From NCBI GenBank assembly GCA_028534125.1, contig CM052817.1, positions 34,784,001 to 34,848,000 on the forward strand: a stretch of DNA of 64,000 bases, in the 5' to 3' direction. Position 1 is the first letter of the stretch. Each line of letters opens with the position of its first letter. The DNA is from Lama glama. Lineage: Eukaryota. A program made the position numbers and the translations under genes. Under the pieces are notes generated by a model. The model was given only the letters and a program-made list of their open reading frames with translations, was not told the origin of the DNA and searched no databases. Positions 14,451 to 28,337 of the stretch are shown in pieces.

Positions 14451-15073
14451 ATGGCCGTGTCCCAGGTCTCAGTTGAGACCCTGGGATGTGCCCTGCCAAG
14501 TATGGGTCCTTGGCTTTGCACAGGAAAGAATTTAAGAGTGAGGCATAGTTGAGTAAAGTTAAATTTATTTAGAGAGATACATACTTCATAGACAGTGCAG
14601 GCAGTCTCAGAAGGCAAGAGAAGGGCCACAAGGTGTGGGGATTGCTTAGTTTAAAGTAAAAGTAGTTACACACTACATAGACAGTGTGGGCCATCTCACT
14701 CAGAAGGGAGAGCAGCCATGAGGAGTGGGGGTTGTTAGCTTTTATGGGCTCAGTAACTTCATATGCTAACAAGTGGGAGGATTATTTCAGCTACTTTGGG
14801 GAAGAAGCAGGGATTCCCAGGAATTGGGCCACTGCCCACTTTTTGACCTTTGATGGTTAGCCTTGGAACTGTCATGGCACCTGTGGGAGTGCCATGTACC
14901 ATGTTAATATATTAAAGTGAGCATATAATGAAGCTCAAAGTCTACTAGAAGTCAAATCTCCTACCATTTTGGGCCTCAAGGTCTGTTGGGAGCTGAATTT
15001 TCTGCCACCTTGGTGTTAAATTGCTGTGTCATTCCTTGAATGGCTGTGCCCTGTCCCCTTCCTTCCTGTCTCA
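14451..15073 (-). mobile_element. ERV1-like solo LTR with a 4-bp TSD
   Basis: Minus strand starts TGAGACAGGAAGG. GAAG is duplicated at 14447-14450 and 15074-15077. There is an internal imperfect duplication of about 90 bp (catagacagtg... at about 14587 and about 14676). Confidence 0.75.
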
Positions 15074-18000
15074 GAAGGTCTAAAATAGGCAAGCTAGAAG
15101 CATAGAAGATACTGGTCAAGAGATGAATATTTGCAGTAAAGATCCGGGAGGTAGTCCTGTCACTGGTAACAGAAAGTCAAACTTCCGACTGTAGGAGTGG
15201 TGGTGGAGGTGGAGAGAACCAATCCAGGATCAAAGAAGCAAGCAAGGTACTGGATGCAAATCTCCAAGAACAAAGCCAGCAACTAGTGATAGGAAGATAG
15301 TGAAGCAGTCTGGTCAGCAGTGAATGGGGAGGACCTAGGGGCCGTAGCAACAGAGATGGGTGGTAAAGTCTAAAAGCACAAAATTCCAAGGAGTTGGGTG
15401 TTTAAAGTATGAAAGAGATATGATCTGGAAGCCACAATAGGGTACTAGGGGGACACTCACCCCAAGCTCCAGGGCCTGTGGAACTTGCACTGTGAATATT
15501 ACTACTAACAATAACATCACAGCAAAAATGGAACATCGATACTAAGCTGGAGAGGGCTGCAGGGGAGCTGATGTCTGCAGGAAGCACCCAGGTTTCAATT
15601 AGGTTGAGCAGGTGGTGAGGGCTTTCAGAGTAGCGGCTGGGGATCTAGAATAGTTTGCCCTGATAGCTCATCAATTCCAAATGGCATGGGGAAGAGTTTT
15701 GGGAGGTTGGGGAAAAGTAGCAAGTTGGGTCAGATGGGCAGAGACGGCAGATGGCAGCAGAGGGCACAGACAATTCGGATGCCCTGGAGAGGCGTGGCCT
15801 TCTGGTGGAATGTGAGGGATGATGGGATTCGTTCTATGAGTCCTTGGGGAGGCTGGGTATCCAGGTCAAGCTGATCTGGATAGGGCCTCTGGGCAACAGT
15901 CCTCTCCTGCTGACCATGGCAGTGAAGGAAGCCAGGATGTGAGGTACTCCTTCATCTGTCTGTAGACAGGGAGGGACTGGCAGTGCAGGCACAACAGAGC
16001 AGGGAGAAAAAATTAGAAACTTAATCCATCACAGTTCTGGGTCCACTGTACAATAAAGAATAATCATTTACCTGCTTAAGTAGGACAGTGATTAAAGATA
16101 TTATTTATTAGAAAGTATTGAGTCAGTCTGGTTCTTGCTATAAATTGTAAAACTGCAAAATCCCAAGCATGCTTTCGAAATGAACTTATGCTCTCAACTA
16201 CATTTGAATGCTAATGACTTGGTGAATCTAGAATTAAAACACACAAATGACTTACTTAGGTGGAATAAGCATTAACAAGATCCTTCTTTAGAGTCCTTTC
16301 CTGCTGTGAATATTGATTAGAAGCACCAGAAAGTACTCACACTTGATTCTGCTGAAAAATGCATTGTGTCATTGGCTGACATTCAATTGTTATTTATGAC
16401 AGATAATCTTGTGATATATTGCTTAGTTTCTAAATACAATATTTCATAACTCAAATGTCCACGAATGGATGGCTAGTTGATAAAATTATAATATTCTACA
16501 TAATACAACACACAATATACCTATTACAAGTGAGGTATATTTCTGTATACCACAAAGAGGGGAAAAGGAAGATATATGACACAACATACAGAATGTATGT
16601 GTGTGGAGAGAGGGAAAGAGAGAAAGGAAAAGTGCACACATGAAAAAGAGATGTATGATAGATAATTTTTAATCTATGTATGATAGATAATTGTTAGGGG
16701 TTATTTTTTGAGGGTAGAAATACTGAATGTTTCATTTTGAAGTTTCTGTGGTCTTTATATCTTTTTTACAGTGTTCAGTTGTAACACAGAGAAATGAGGG
16801 ATAAATAAATAAGGTTATATTTACCACAGCCAGCAGAGAATCTTAAAAATCAATCAAAAGGTATTAGCATTCCTTGGATGAGTCTGGTTTGTCCTTTAAG
16901 CTTGTCTGGAAATTCACTATTGCACTGACTAGTGTACTTGCATAGCTCCTTCACTTCCTGTTTTTCAAGGAAAACTGCACATATAGCAGGGTGTCCTGTA
17001 CCCAGACAGATTGCAGTTTGCAGAATTGGTGACCCAGTGATCCCTGTAGAAATCTATCAGCATGAGTTGGTAATCAAAGGGGATCATTTTTTGATTGAAG
17101 AAGAAGCAGATCTTTTCCGGGTGAGCAGGGGTGCCCAGAGGAGGAAAGACAAGGAAATGGATAGAATAGGATGGAGTTCTCCCCTTCATCATCCAAGGCT
17201 CTGGTCTGAATCACAACCATGAAACTGAAGGGTATGGAGAAGAAGCCCATTCTGTCCCATTACAGACTGGAAGACCATTGGTACTGTGCCCAGAAATGTT
17301 CCCAGGGCAGCAGTAAGAGCTTAGTGAGGAGGCAAGAGTAGAAGAATTTGAGTCGATGAGTTTTCGAACACAAGTAGATACCACCTTGTAGATGTCTGAC
17401 ATAGGAGGGACATTTAAGGAGAGGATAAAATGGTGGCCAAGACTTACCGTGATCTAAGCAACAACATTAACAGGACTACATCTGCACTCGAGGACTCACA
17501 CGTGCACAGTCAAACAAGGTATCAGGAGTTAGTCTGTCCAAGCACCAAGGTCCATATCTTCCTCTCTATTGGGGAAGGGGAGGGAAGTCGATCATATACT
17601 CCTTATTTCCCTGTTTTTGGTCCCTCAGAAAACTATGGTCCATAGGACTACGTTAGAATTTAGTTCAGAACTTCTTTAGCCTATTGTTGAAGACACCAAA
17701 GCACTTGGTTTCTCTTTTAAACTCAAATTCCTTTGTGCTAGTATCATAAAAACTCACAGAATCTTCAATTTTCTTTTGAGTTCTCATCTAAATTTTTGAC
17801 ACATCTCCACTTGACACTGTGATGAAAACTCCTCTTTGAACACCTAATCAAACACTAATGACATAAGGATTCATTTTTCAAAGAACAGCCCCATGAACTC
17901 AGCCTTTTTGAAAGTGTACTTGATTTTAAGTTAAATGGCTGACTATACTTAAATAAGAACAGAAGGGTTTAAAAAAAAAAAAAAAAGATGGCGTCCCAGT

Positions 18001-19179
18001 GGCATTTTCCAGAGGCCTCCATTCAGGTACTGGGCTGTACTTTTAGCAAAACTAAGTTTTTAATTTAAGAATGAGCCATAGGCTCTGCTAGAAAAGACAT
18101 AAATAATGGAAACTAGAGCCTGGAAAATGGCAAGCTGGCTCACCCTCTTGGAGCATCATTTGTTAGATCCAGCTGTAAAGGCTAGAAGTTATAAAAAATG
18201 CATGCAGGATTTCTTTTTAAGCATTAACACACCACTACTTTAAATGTTGATTCTGACTGAGAAATTCCTCTCTGCAGGTGCTTTTTACCCCTGTAACCTC
18301 AGCAAGCTGCCAGGGCCTCAGGAGACTAAACAAATTGCTAAATTAAAAATTCATTATACTATCTGCTCCCTGTCCAAGACATAAAATGTACTCTACAATT
18401 TGCTCTTCTGAATCTCCAGGGACCTCAGTCATCAAGGTCCCATGTGCTTGTGTGACACTATCTCTTGTCTATTATTAATATACTGGATGCTTCTTAAAAA
18501 CATATCACACCCAAAAGTCCTAAAATTAGGGAAGTGAAAATGCCACAAGCCAGCATAGTAATTTTCCTGAAGTAAGCAATATCAAAACTGATGACAAAGA
18601 TGATATCAATGCGTTAGATTTCCAGGCAGGAAGCATAAAGTATTAAACTCTACAGTTTTCATTTACCAACAGATGGCAAATGGAAGGCCAGGGGCGTGAA
18701 GTCACTGTTAGAAGTCCATGACCAAAAGAAATTCAGTTCCATGAAGCTATGAAAAGATAATTTGTAATTATCAGGAATATAATATAAAAGTATGAAGCTT
18801 AAGTAGGCATTATTTTGAAAACATAAAGACATCTGGGCAAAGGCCCAGACTTAGTACAGATAAAGCAGGCAGCTGCTTATCTTTTAAAAACTTATAAAAA
18901 AGGCACATAAATCCAAGACGGTTATAACGCAGGTAGGCCCAGTCAAGACACTGCTGTCTAGAAAGGGCCCAGGGGAAAAAGAGGGTGACAGGCATACAGA
19001 AGCAGGGAAACAGACCCAATCTCAGGGCAAAGTGGGACACTGAGAGAGTGTTGGTAGGGTAAAAGTGGGTGTTATTTATATTTGCACACTGAATTCTTGG
19101 GGTCTAGGTCATGATTAAGAACCAAATTTTCTTTCTCTGAAAGCTTGGGTCTAAATTCAGCTCAAAGCACTTCCTTGAA

Positions 19180-19295
19180 ATAATGGCCTATAGTGAAAAA
19201 GAATATGAAAAGGAATATATGTATATATCTGAATCACTATGCTGAACACCAGAAATTAACAAACACTGTGACTTGATTATACTTCAGTTAAAAAC
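19180..19295 (+). mobile_element. Short L1 3' tail
   Basis: ggcctatagtgaaaaagaatatgaaaaggaatatatg...aatcactatgctgaacaccagaaatt. Confidence 0.8.
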
Positions 19296-21144
19296 ATATA
19301 TATTAAATTACACTATGTTTCACACACCAAAAAATGTAGTTGGTAGGCAAATACAGTAGAAATGGATTATATAGATAAAGGAATGGAAAGGCCTAACAAC
19401 AACAACAAAAAAACCCTCATGGATTATGTAAGGATAATGTTTCTGTTCTAAAGAAACACAGCACTTGTTTGAATGCAGTGATGGGTGGAGGCGAAGAGAA
19501 CAATTTTATTGGATACAGGTACAAGAAGAGTCCTAGAACTCTGAAGAGCCTGCCCAGCAATCATAACCCATCATGGATGAGATCAGAGATAAGCAAAATC
19601 ACTTTAAAGAGATAGAATGGCCAAATTAAGAGCATGATCTGACTGTAACTCAGTCTTGATGATGTGAGCGTATGTGATGAGGGAATGTGTCACTCAGAAC
19701 AGTAATCAGCCTAGAAACACAAGGAACAAGGGCTTAGAAAGGAAAGAGCAGCAAGTACCCATCACCGGCCAGACACAGGCTCAGAGGATACAGCTGGTTC
19801 CCTCCCCAGGTGCTCTCAGGGACAAGGTATGGATTTATACTCGGCATCCCCTTAGTGTGGATAAAAGATCCCTCGAGACCACCTACAGAACTTTACTTCA
19901 ATTTTGTCTTCACTAAGTATCCCTTTGACCATGAATTCAGCCTCTCAGTTACCCTGACACAGGAAGAATTCATTGAATGATAAAAATGAATATTTTGTGA
20001 CTGGAAAGGGATATTCCTCATCACAATTAATAAATCAACATTTGGATTTACACTGTTCTCCCATAGTCAACATGAGTCTGTCTTCTCCTCTTGTATTGGG
20101 AGGTACTTCACCAGGCACTGGCCTATAAACTTGTGAAACCACAAATCTAACATCAGACCCAGGTGGCAGGAATTTTACCATCTGGTGGGACATCTTGGCA
20201 GCCATTTAGTTAGAGCCCCTTAAGTGGCTCTACCCTCTCATGTTACAAAAAAGGAAACATGTAAGAACACATGATCCACTTAATATTCTGTGTACTTAGC
20301 ACTAGATGACTGTGAATCAGAAATCAACTATATAAATCAATAACTGATAACAAACCCATTAGACCATACAAGGATAGACACTCTACCTATTTTATTATGG
20401 GCCCTAATGAAGTGCCTGACATATACTAGGAACTTGAGAAATATTTTTTGAATAAATAAAATTTTAAGAAAGGAAAAATTAAGATAAGAGGAAAAAAAGA
20501 AAGAATTCAGGTTCTTTCCAGAAGAGTAAGCTGCTGGTGAGGTGTGATGACTTTTCATATGACTATTATGCCAAGCGCTTTCTGTCCTTTTGAGCAGCTA
20601 TTCATAAAGATTTTTGGAGGGCAGAAAATTATGAAAATAGATCAGCCATGTAATTGGACTGTTCATTATAACACAGGCTGTGAAGAAGCAACTTGTTCCT
20701 GCTTTAATATAAACACAAACTGAGATTGTTTAAAAATCACTTCCTATTTATACATACTATCCAGCGGGAAGAAAAGAGACATCTGAAAGTCCACTGTATA
20801 CTTGTCTATTACTCGCCTCAGTTATATACAGTCTACAGTGATGAGTTACAACAAAAAATATGATGGATAGAAAAATAGAGAACAACAACCCATGAAAAGG
20901 TGGATAAACAGCTACCCTTATGTTTTCCTCATGTCATGTGAGGAAACAGATAAACTGTAACACATAATCCAGGACCCTCATATGTTTGTCACAGAGACTC
21001 CAGGGGGACTTTTGCACACATTGTAGATACTGCTTTGTCATATGATGCTACACTGAAGCATCATGAGCTCCCTAACATTAAAGTTATTCCTCCACTGTTA
21101 AAAAGTTTTAAGGTCCAAGAAAAAGACCTATTAAAATCTAGTAA

Positions 21145-21440
21145 GGACACTGTACTAAGTGAAGTAAGCCAGACACAAAAGAACTAATATTGTATGAGTC
21201 CACTTACATAAGGTACCTAGAAAAATCAAAATACAGAGACAGAAAGCAGAATAGGGGGCCAGGGCAAGGAGGAATGGGGAGTTCTTGTTTAAGGGTACAG
21301 AGTTTCATTTGGGGATGATGAACAAGTTCTGGAGATGGATGGTGGTGATGATTGCACAACAATATGAATGTACTTAATGCCAGTGAGCTGTACAACTAGA
21401 AATAGTTAAAATAAGTTTTTTGTTAAGTATATCTTACCAC
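21145..21440 (+). mobile_element. L1MB-like 3' end
   Basis: ctaagtgaagtaagccagacacaaaag...ggagatggatggtggtgatgattgcacaacaatatgaatgtacttaatgcc. Confidence 0.85.
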
Positions 21441-21495
21441 CCAGATGCCACAACCTACTTTTCCCACTCACATAGCTGGTATATTCCATTAAAAT

Positions 21496-22034
21496 AGTTG
21501 AGCAGACGGGGAAATGACTCTGAGAATTGACGGACTAAGAACGCCACCTGCCATATCAGTTAACAAAGGACACTGTGGCCATCACCCATCAGCCACTATT
21601 GCCGCCCCCGATGGTGAGCTGGAGGGAACTTAGAATGGAGACAAGCAAGGCCTCAGCCTCTGGAGCCACCCCCAGTGGTGCAGCTGGAGGGGACTCAGGA
21701 TGGGAAGCACAGGAGACTGACCCTAGGTAGCTAAGGTACATATCAAAGGAATTGTTTCAAAGAGCCCAGACTTGTGCATCTTCCCATATATAGAAAAATG
21801 CTAAATTCCTTGAGATACCTGGTTTCCTTTAACTAACAGTAATCTTCTGATGTTTTACCTACCTGCTCTTTGTTGCAAAAACTCCTACATATCCTGGTTC
21901 CTCCCCTACCTCTTCGGAGCAGTCCCTCAGAGTGATCCGAGAGGCCACATCTCAGGCTTGAAGTCCTCAATAAGTCTGCCAAGTAAAACATAATTCTCAA
22001 CTTTTAGGTCGCAGTTTTTTTTTTTAAGTCCACA
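21496..22034 (+). mobile_element. ERV solo LTR related to 13235-13708
   Basis: Shared motifs include ttcccat..atagaaaa.tgctaaattc and ctacctctt.g.agcagt.c.tcagag. It ends in ...agtccaCA. Confidence 0.75.
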
Positions 22035-22224
22035 AAGTTAATAGCCATCATTGTCATTTACTGATGACCTGCCACAAACCAGCACAAATCCCTTTACACA
22101 AGGCATTTCTTTAGAACGTTATTCAAGACCCTTGTGTTCCAGCCCCAGTTTAACTTTCCTGCCCTACTCTTCTCTGGGTCCTCTCAACCCAGACAAAATC
22201 GTTTGCATTGCCCCTGCAGCTCTA

Positions 22225-22265
22225 AACAGACACAGACAGACAGACAGACAGACAGACACACACAA
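22225..22265. repeat. (CAGA)n simple repeat
   Basis: Directly visible. Confidence 0.85.
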
Positions 22266-22382
22266 TTCTTGTTCTGCATATGGTTCCCTCCTTTCTACAT
22301 TTGGCCACCTCTGGACCATCCTGCAGGCTTCAGTCTCAAGAGTTCAGCTTTGTCTGATAACCTCTTAGATCATAGCCTAAAC

Positions 22383-22555
22383 CAGTGTTTCTCAAACCTG
22401 ACTACATATGAGAATCACTTGGAGGACTGGAAAATTACTGGTCCCCAAACTATATCCCTCGAAATCCTGATTTAACTGGTCAATATCAGGCTGCTGGTAT
22501 TTTTTTTTAACTCCCCAGGGGATCCTAATTAACAGTCAAGGCAGACAACCACTGA
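22383..22555. mobile_element. MER5-type hAT-Charlie MITE
   Basis: Terminal inverted repeats cagtgtttctcaaac ... gacaaccactg, with the internal agaatcacttggag motif. Confidence 0.8.
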
Positions 22556-23788
22556 CCTAAACTGAATTACTTACTTTCCCTGAGCACCAGAGGCCCCTCA
22601 TGCTTGGCCCTATCTTAGCCTGCATATTATTTTATTGTAATCACTTGTTAGGTTGGCCCTCCCTTTTGAACACAAGCTCCTTGAGGGCAAGTTCAAGTTC
22701 ATCATGGTATTCATTCGACAACACTTGACACACAGTAAGAGCTCAATAACTACCTTGAGTTGCTTTCTTAAGTTCATTTTGCACCCATTCTGCACGACAG
22801 GCCTTATCATCCCCAATTCCAAAATGAGCCCTCTGAGGCTCAGAGAGGCTAAATCACACAGCAAGTGAGTGGCAGAGCCAGGATTAGAACTCTGCACTCT
22901 CTGACTGCAAAACTGTCCACTACACTACAGTGCTTTCAGACTTCTTGAATAAGTTGCTTATATTAAATGAGTTGTTCCTACTGAATTAGAAGTAAAGGCA
23001 AGACTGGAAACTATAAGTGTACTGTGAATAACTGAGTAAAATACATCCAAAAATCACTCAATTTCCTAAGGTTGTTGGGGACAAGCTTTTACAAAATCTG
23101 AACTTCGGCTGACTCCAAATCCAATAAAACCTAAAATGGCTGTGATGTATTGAATTTCTGAGTAAACAACAAAGAAACAAAACAAAACTAGTCAAAAAAA
23201 ATCATGCAATTGTAACATCCACTGCAACTTTCTCAGGCAACCACATGAGGTACTGCTGATTTTAGGGACAACCTATAATGCACGTGTTCAAAATACAAAG
23301 CGAGGGCTTCCAAATTTCCTATGGCTACTCAGTCTCTAGCACAGTGTTTGTTTTCCCCAAAAGGCCCACACTGCTGTGACCACTCCACTGCCTGTCTAGA
23401 GCAGAGAACCCACCACGGCACTAGATACACACGCATGAAACTCTTTTCCCAAATACAGGGCAATCACTGACTTCTAGGACTTGCTTATGTCCTGAGATGA
23501 ACTTGCACTGCTCCGGAGAGGAGCTTGGCTACCAGGCGGCATAGGAATGCCAACTGCTTACTTCTCAGGACCCCGTGCCACCTTCAATTACAGAAAACTG
23601 GAAGCGTATACAATAGTAAGTAAACATTTCTGTCCACGATTCAACCAGACAGTAAGCACAGAGTGTACAAGTCTGTGGTTAAGACGGTGACTCAGGCCAC
23701 AAAGCTAGGTTTGTACAAATGTTCTGGCATATTTTGGCATGGACCGCTATACAGTAAATCTTGGCACAAATGAACAAAAAAGGCTTTT

Positions 23789-24268
23789 GTTTTTTTTGGC
23801 TGCTAGATTTTCCTTTTTTTTTTTAAACTGAGGTATAGTCAGTTTACAATGTTGTGTCAATTTCTGGTGTACAGTACAATGCTTCAGTCATACATGAACA
23901 TACGTATATTCATTTTCATATTCTTTTCCACCATAAGCTACAAGATATTGAATATATTTCCCTGTGCTATACAGTACAAACTTGCTTATCTATTTTATAT
24001 ATACTAATCAGTATCTGCAAATCTCAAACTCCCAGTTTATTCCTTCCCACCCCTCCCCCCCAGCAACCACAAGTCTGTGTTCTATGTCGGTGAGTCTGTT
24101 TCTGTCTTGGAGGTAAGAACATAAAATGGAATAAAGATAGTCTCTTCAGCAACTGGTGTTGGGAAAACTGGGCAGCTACATGTAAATCAATGAAGTTAGA
24201 ACACTCCCTCATAACATACACAAAAATAAACTCAAAATGGCTTACAGACTTAAATATAAGACAAGACA
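23789..24268 (-). mobile_element. 5'-inverted L1 insertion
   Basis: Antisense L1 3' UTR at about 23815-24110 is joined to a sense ORF2 piece at about 24110-24268. It is flanked by caaaaaggc(c)tttt duplicates. Confidence 0.85.
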
Positions 24269-24992
24269 CAAAAAGGCCTTTTTAATTATCCTGGAAATTG
24301 GGAAGTTTCACAACTTTCTCTCCAAGCCTTCCAGGGCAATCTTTTGGAACTTTATGTATCACTGCCTGGAAATAACTTAATGGACATACCACAGTGGTTG
24401 GGAGTGGGAGGTTTAGAGGCAGGGACTCTGGGTATGAGGCTACGAAGTCCCACAGCTCATTAGTCTTGGGCTCTGGAAAAAAAATTTAAAGGTATTTAGC
24501 TTTTTTCCTTAATCTGTGAAAGGGACTAAGAATAGTAGGTAATAGAATTATTGCGAGAATTAAATGAATTAAATATTACTGTAAGTAATAGACTTAGCAC
24601 AAATCCAGTTTTTAAAAAAGATGTCCAGCAAATGGTAGTGTTTGACACTGTGAGATACAGCTGTGTTCATTCCTCTGATCTTCTCCCACTTGGGCTTGGC
24701 TCTATCAACAGCCTCTTCCTGGGCAGCGGCTCCCTGGGGTCCCACAGAACCTCATGGCCACAGCCAACTTACTTACATTTCCTGTTCTAATATTCTAAGA
24801 GTCCATGCATGGCCAAGTGAGTTGTATAATCAAAGCAGCTCTGAAATCAGAGAACGGTAAAGTCACTCCAGCCTGAAGAGGCATGTGAAGGCTTAATGCA
24901 GGAAACAGGACTTTTAAAGTTAATTATTTAATTTATTTATATCTTACCCCAATCCCCAATATTGGTGGGATGTTTTTAAAATGCACATAATC

Positions 24993-25135
24993 GGGGGGGA
25001 GGGTGTAGCTCAGTGGTAGAGTACGTGTTTAGCATGCATGAGGTCCTAGGCTCAATCCCCAGTACCTTCATTAAAAATAATAATTAAAAAATTAAAAAAT
25101 AGATAAACCTAATTACTTCCCCCCAAAAAAGAAAT
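24993..25135 (+). mobile_element. tRNA-derived camelid-type SINE, long-tail form
   Basis: GGGGGGGAGGGTGTAGCTCAGTGGTAGAG...GGCTCAATCCCCAGTACC. A 15-bp TSD is present: AAAATGCACATAATC (24978-24992) and AAGATGCATATAATC (25136-25150). Confidence 0.92.
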
Positions 25136-27920
25136 AAGATGCATATAATCAAAGGAATCAGAGGAATTAGAGGGTAGAGAGAATACAGATACAGAAAAAG
25201 CAAGGCCAGCCATTTATTTCACCCAATCATGTCCCTGTCTTGGGCTAAATAGGGGCAAATCTGGCTATAAATGTTCTGTTACCAAAACAAAGTAGGAAAA
25301 TGCAATTAGTTGCAAAATTCATATATGCCAATATATATCTTCTATGCCAGCCACAGTTCTACACATTTTATATGTATTAATGGTCATAACCCCTCTATGA
25401 ATTAATAGTTTATAGTCACTATTTACACAGATGAGAAACTGAGGCTCTAAGAGATTAAATAAGTGGCCCAGTGCTCACGGAGGCAGCCCTGAAATGTGAA
25501 CCCTAACTGCCTGAGTTCACAGCTCAGGCTCTTAAAGACTAAGCAATGCTGTTTTGATAGGTGATATAAAACAGTAATAGCAAACCAGTAGTTGAGAGGA
25601 AGCATTTCCCAACACTGAGACCTGAGCCCTCATATAAGACAAAACAGTTTAACAAAGTACACTAGTTTCTAGATTTGGTGAGCTCTCAGATTGGTTAATT
25701 TTTTTTTTATTTTGGTGGTGGGAGAATGTGATGTACAGCTGGCAACCTCTGTTCTATTTGTGCGCCAAGGAAGGACATTAAAACCACCACCACCAAGGAC
25801 CGACAACATCATGTCATGAAATAAATGATTCTTAAGTAGGAAAAGAAGGAAGGAAGGAAAGAAGGGGGAGGGTATCATCTAAAAATACAGAGGACCTTGT
25901 TTTCAAACCTTGAATGAACTCAACTTTGTGAAAAATGTACACTGTCCATATCTTTCTTGTTTGCTCTCTGACAGGCGAGGGACAGTCAGAGAATATCAAT
26001 GATGTATGAACTAGCATTTGAGAACCACTGACAGCCTCCCCTTGGCATCTCTCTGTGACTGCAGAATAAGAAGGACCCAAAAGCAGAAATGAGACTGCGT
26101 CCTTCTCCTGTCTGGATTCCAGAAGTCCTCAAAATGAAGTCTCTTAAGATTCTGAAGATGTGATCAGGTCAAAAATTACAGAAAGTCTGTGAGGAGTGGC
26201 CAGAATAGGAGCCTTAAATTTATGGTTTTCACACAAGATGTGCATAGAACTCCCAAATAAGAACACACCACTGCCATATGTGAGATATGCCACAGTGACA
26301 CTTATTGTAAGGCTATAATTTCAGTCTTCAATGAAACTGACAATTATTACTTTAAAGAGGACATAATACACTTAAATATATTTACAGGATTAACACTAGA
26401 AACAGTATTAGATTTTCCTGATGCTAACACATTGGCAGCATTTTTCCATTTTGTTTAGTAAAGAATCTGAGCTGCTTATAAATTGATGCTGAAACCCACT
26501 GGATGCTTTCAGAGGCTGAAGCAAGCAGCCCCACGTGTGCAGGGAATTGTATTTACAATACCTACTGTTCCTATATTTCCATTAGAATGCAATTATCCCG
26601 CTTGGGAAAAAATAAAGGTCACTGGGTTAATGGAGCTCACCTTTCTTTTTTAGCCCATGAATAATAAATCAAATATAATATTTAAAAAGAAAACCACAAC
26701 CTGTGTATCATTGTATTTCTGATGCTTTTTCATAGGACATTTGAGTGCACGGCACTTACTATGGCCATAACTGTTACAGCCCATCAAGTTCCCACAGCGT
26801 GGGCTCAGTAAAGAAGTACACAGCGTGTGTCTATTAAACTGATATTCATCAATACTAGAACATTCACGAAATTTCCTGACATCTTCAAATCAGATTACAG
26901 TACATTCCACTCTGAATTCAAACAGCATCTATCACAGAATGATTTCTCCTAGCAGGTATACAGAAAATTTTAGCAGCTTGTACTGATAAAGATATTCATT
27001 TTAAAAATTCTAAACAAACACAGATTTCAAGCGCACTCCCTTGCTTCCAGAACGGCTTACCCACAGAACTTGTGAGTAGACAGCAGACAGTGCTCATGGC
27101 CAGGCTAATAGTAACAAATGCCTCTAAGCAAGATTCTACTGCCACTAATTTCTCTAATGAAAAAGAACGAAGACTTTTCTGCCAGCAAAGCTGAACAGGG
27201 CTCTCAGCCCAAAAGAGCCTAATCATGGCTTTCACTTCAGATCTCCCAAGGGATCAAGTAGGCAATTGCTCGAGAACCTGGCACATCAAGATTCATAGGC
27301 ACACTAGGAACACATGGCCTAAATAGCTTCAGAAAGTTATTTGTCTTGAGTTATCAAAAAAAAAAAAACCCAAAACTTAGAGCTGTTGGATTACCAACAC
27401 CCTGGAACTAAGGGGACGTCTCATGAGATTTATCTGAGAAATATTTTTTAAATAATACGGGAATTATAGTACCCCTGAGCCTACTCTAGAAACTGTTAAA
27501 CACTTGTAAATCACTTTCCAAAAATAATGAAAATGAAAAACTCTGCTTTCCACTTGATACAGGCTTGTGAAACAAAGTACACTTCAATTGCCAACCAATG
27601 GAACCACCCACAACTCCTGCCTTATCAAGAACTTTAACAGCATCACAGCACATCCCTGTGAGTAAGCATTTTAACTTCAAATTATGAACCTAGCAATAGA
27701 CCAGCCAGTCATTTTCATGAACAAGGAGGTATTAATAAGCACATTTTTAAGTTAATTTGATGGGCATGTATCTCTCAACAGCACAAGATTATTTGTTTTG
27801 ATTGTAATTAGTAACAAAAGTAACAACTACCATTTACTGAGTGTTGTTCTGCCAGGCACTGATCTAATAGTTTTATGTGCATTATCTAATTTAACTCTGG
27901 AAAAATCCTATGGTCAGTGA

Positions 27921-28337
27921 TGGGTGACAGAAGACACCACCCCAAAATATGCCACTTTGGCATAAGAATTATTTAAAACTTAAGATACCTTAAAAAGAGC
28001 ATACGCAAGAAGGGCATTCTAATCTCCCCTTTTCTTCCTAAAAATAGGACACTGAAAACTCCCTTGAGAAGGATGTCCTCCCCGTACCAGGAGAACAAGA
28101 AACATTCTTCCCTCAGGAGCTAAAGCCAAGAGAATTCTGTACAAACAGACCTTGTTAAAATAACTCATCTTCCTTCAACCAATATGTTTTAGTTACTTTC
28201 CCACTATTGCCTCTCTTTGTTTAACCTGATATAAAAGTATTCAGATTTTGCCACTTCTTTGAGTCTTTATGTCATTATGAGGGTTCCTGTGTCATGTAAA
28301 CCTTGTAGAAATTTGTATGCTTTTCTCCTGTTAATCT
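27921..28337 (+). mobile_element. ERV1 LTR (MER34/MER39-like), 3'-truncated, abutting a MIR
   Basis: caccccaaaatatgccactttggcataag...atttgtatgcttttctcctgttaatct, then an abrupt end with no terminal CA. Confidence 0.7.

Noticed and set aside
16651..16692. Small tandem duplications (also at about 31778-31814 and about 58791-58847)
   Set aside because: These are ordinary slippage duplications with no sign of an array or function.
16932..17645. Cluster of ORFs with protein-like composition and splice-donor-like motifs
   Set aside because: No recognisable domain, stops in all frames across the region, and no consistent exon chain.
18667..18746. Exon-like segment reading FMELNFFWSW, faintly like a second cNMP-domain helix
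   Set aside because: The similarity is weak, and no neighbouring exons support it.
24993..25070. Possible tRNA genes (also at about 2130-2207 and about 10780-10852)
   Set aside because: A-rich tails, TSDs at two of the copies and degenerate stems show these are SINE copies, not tRNA genes.
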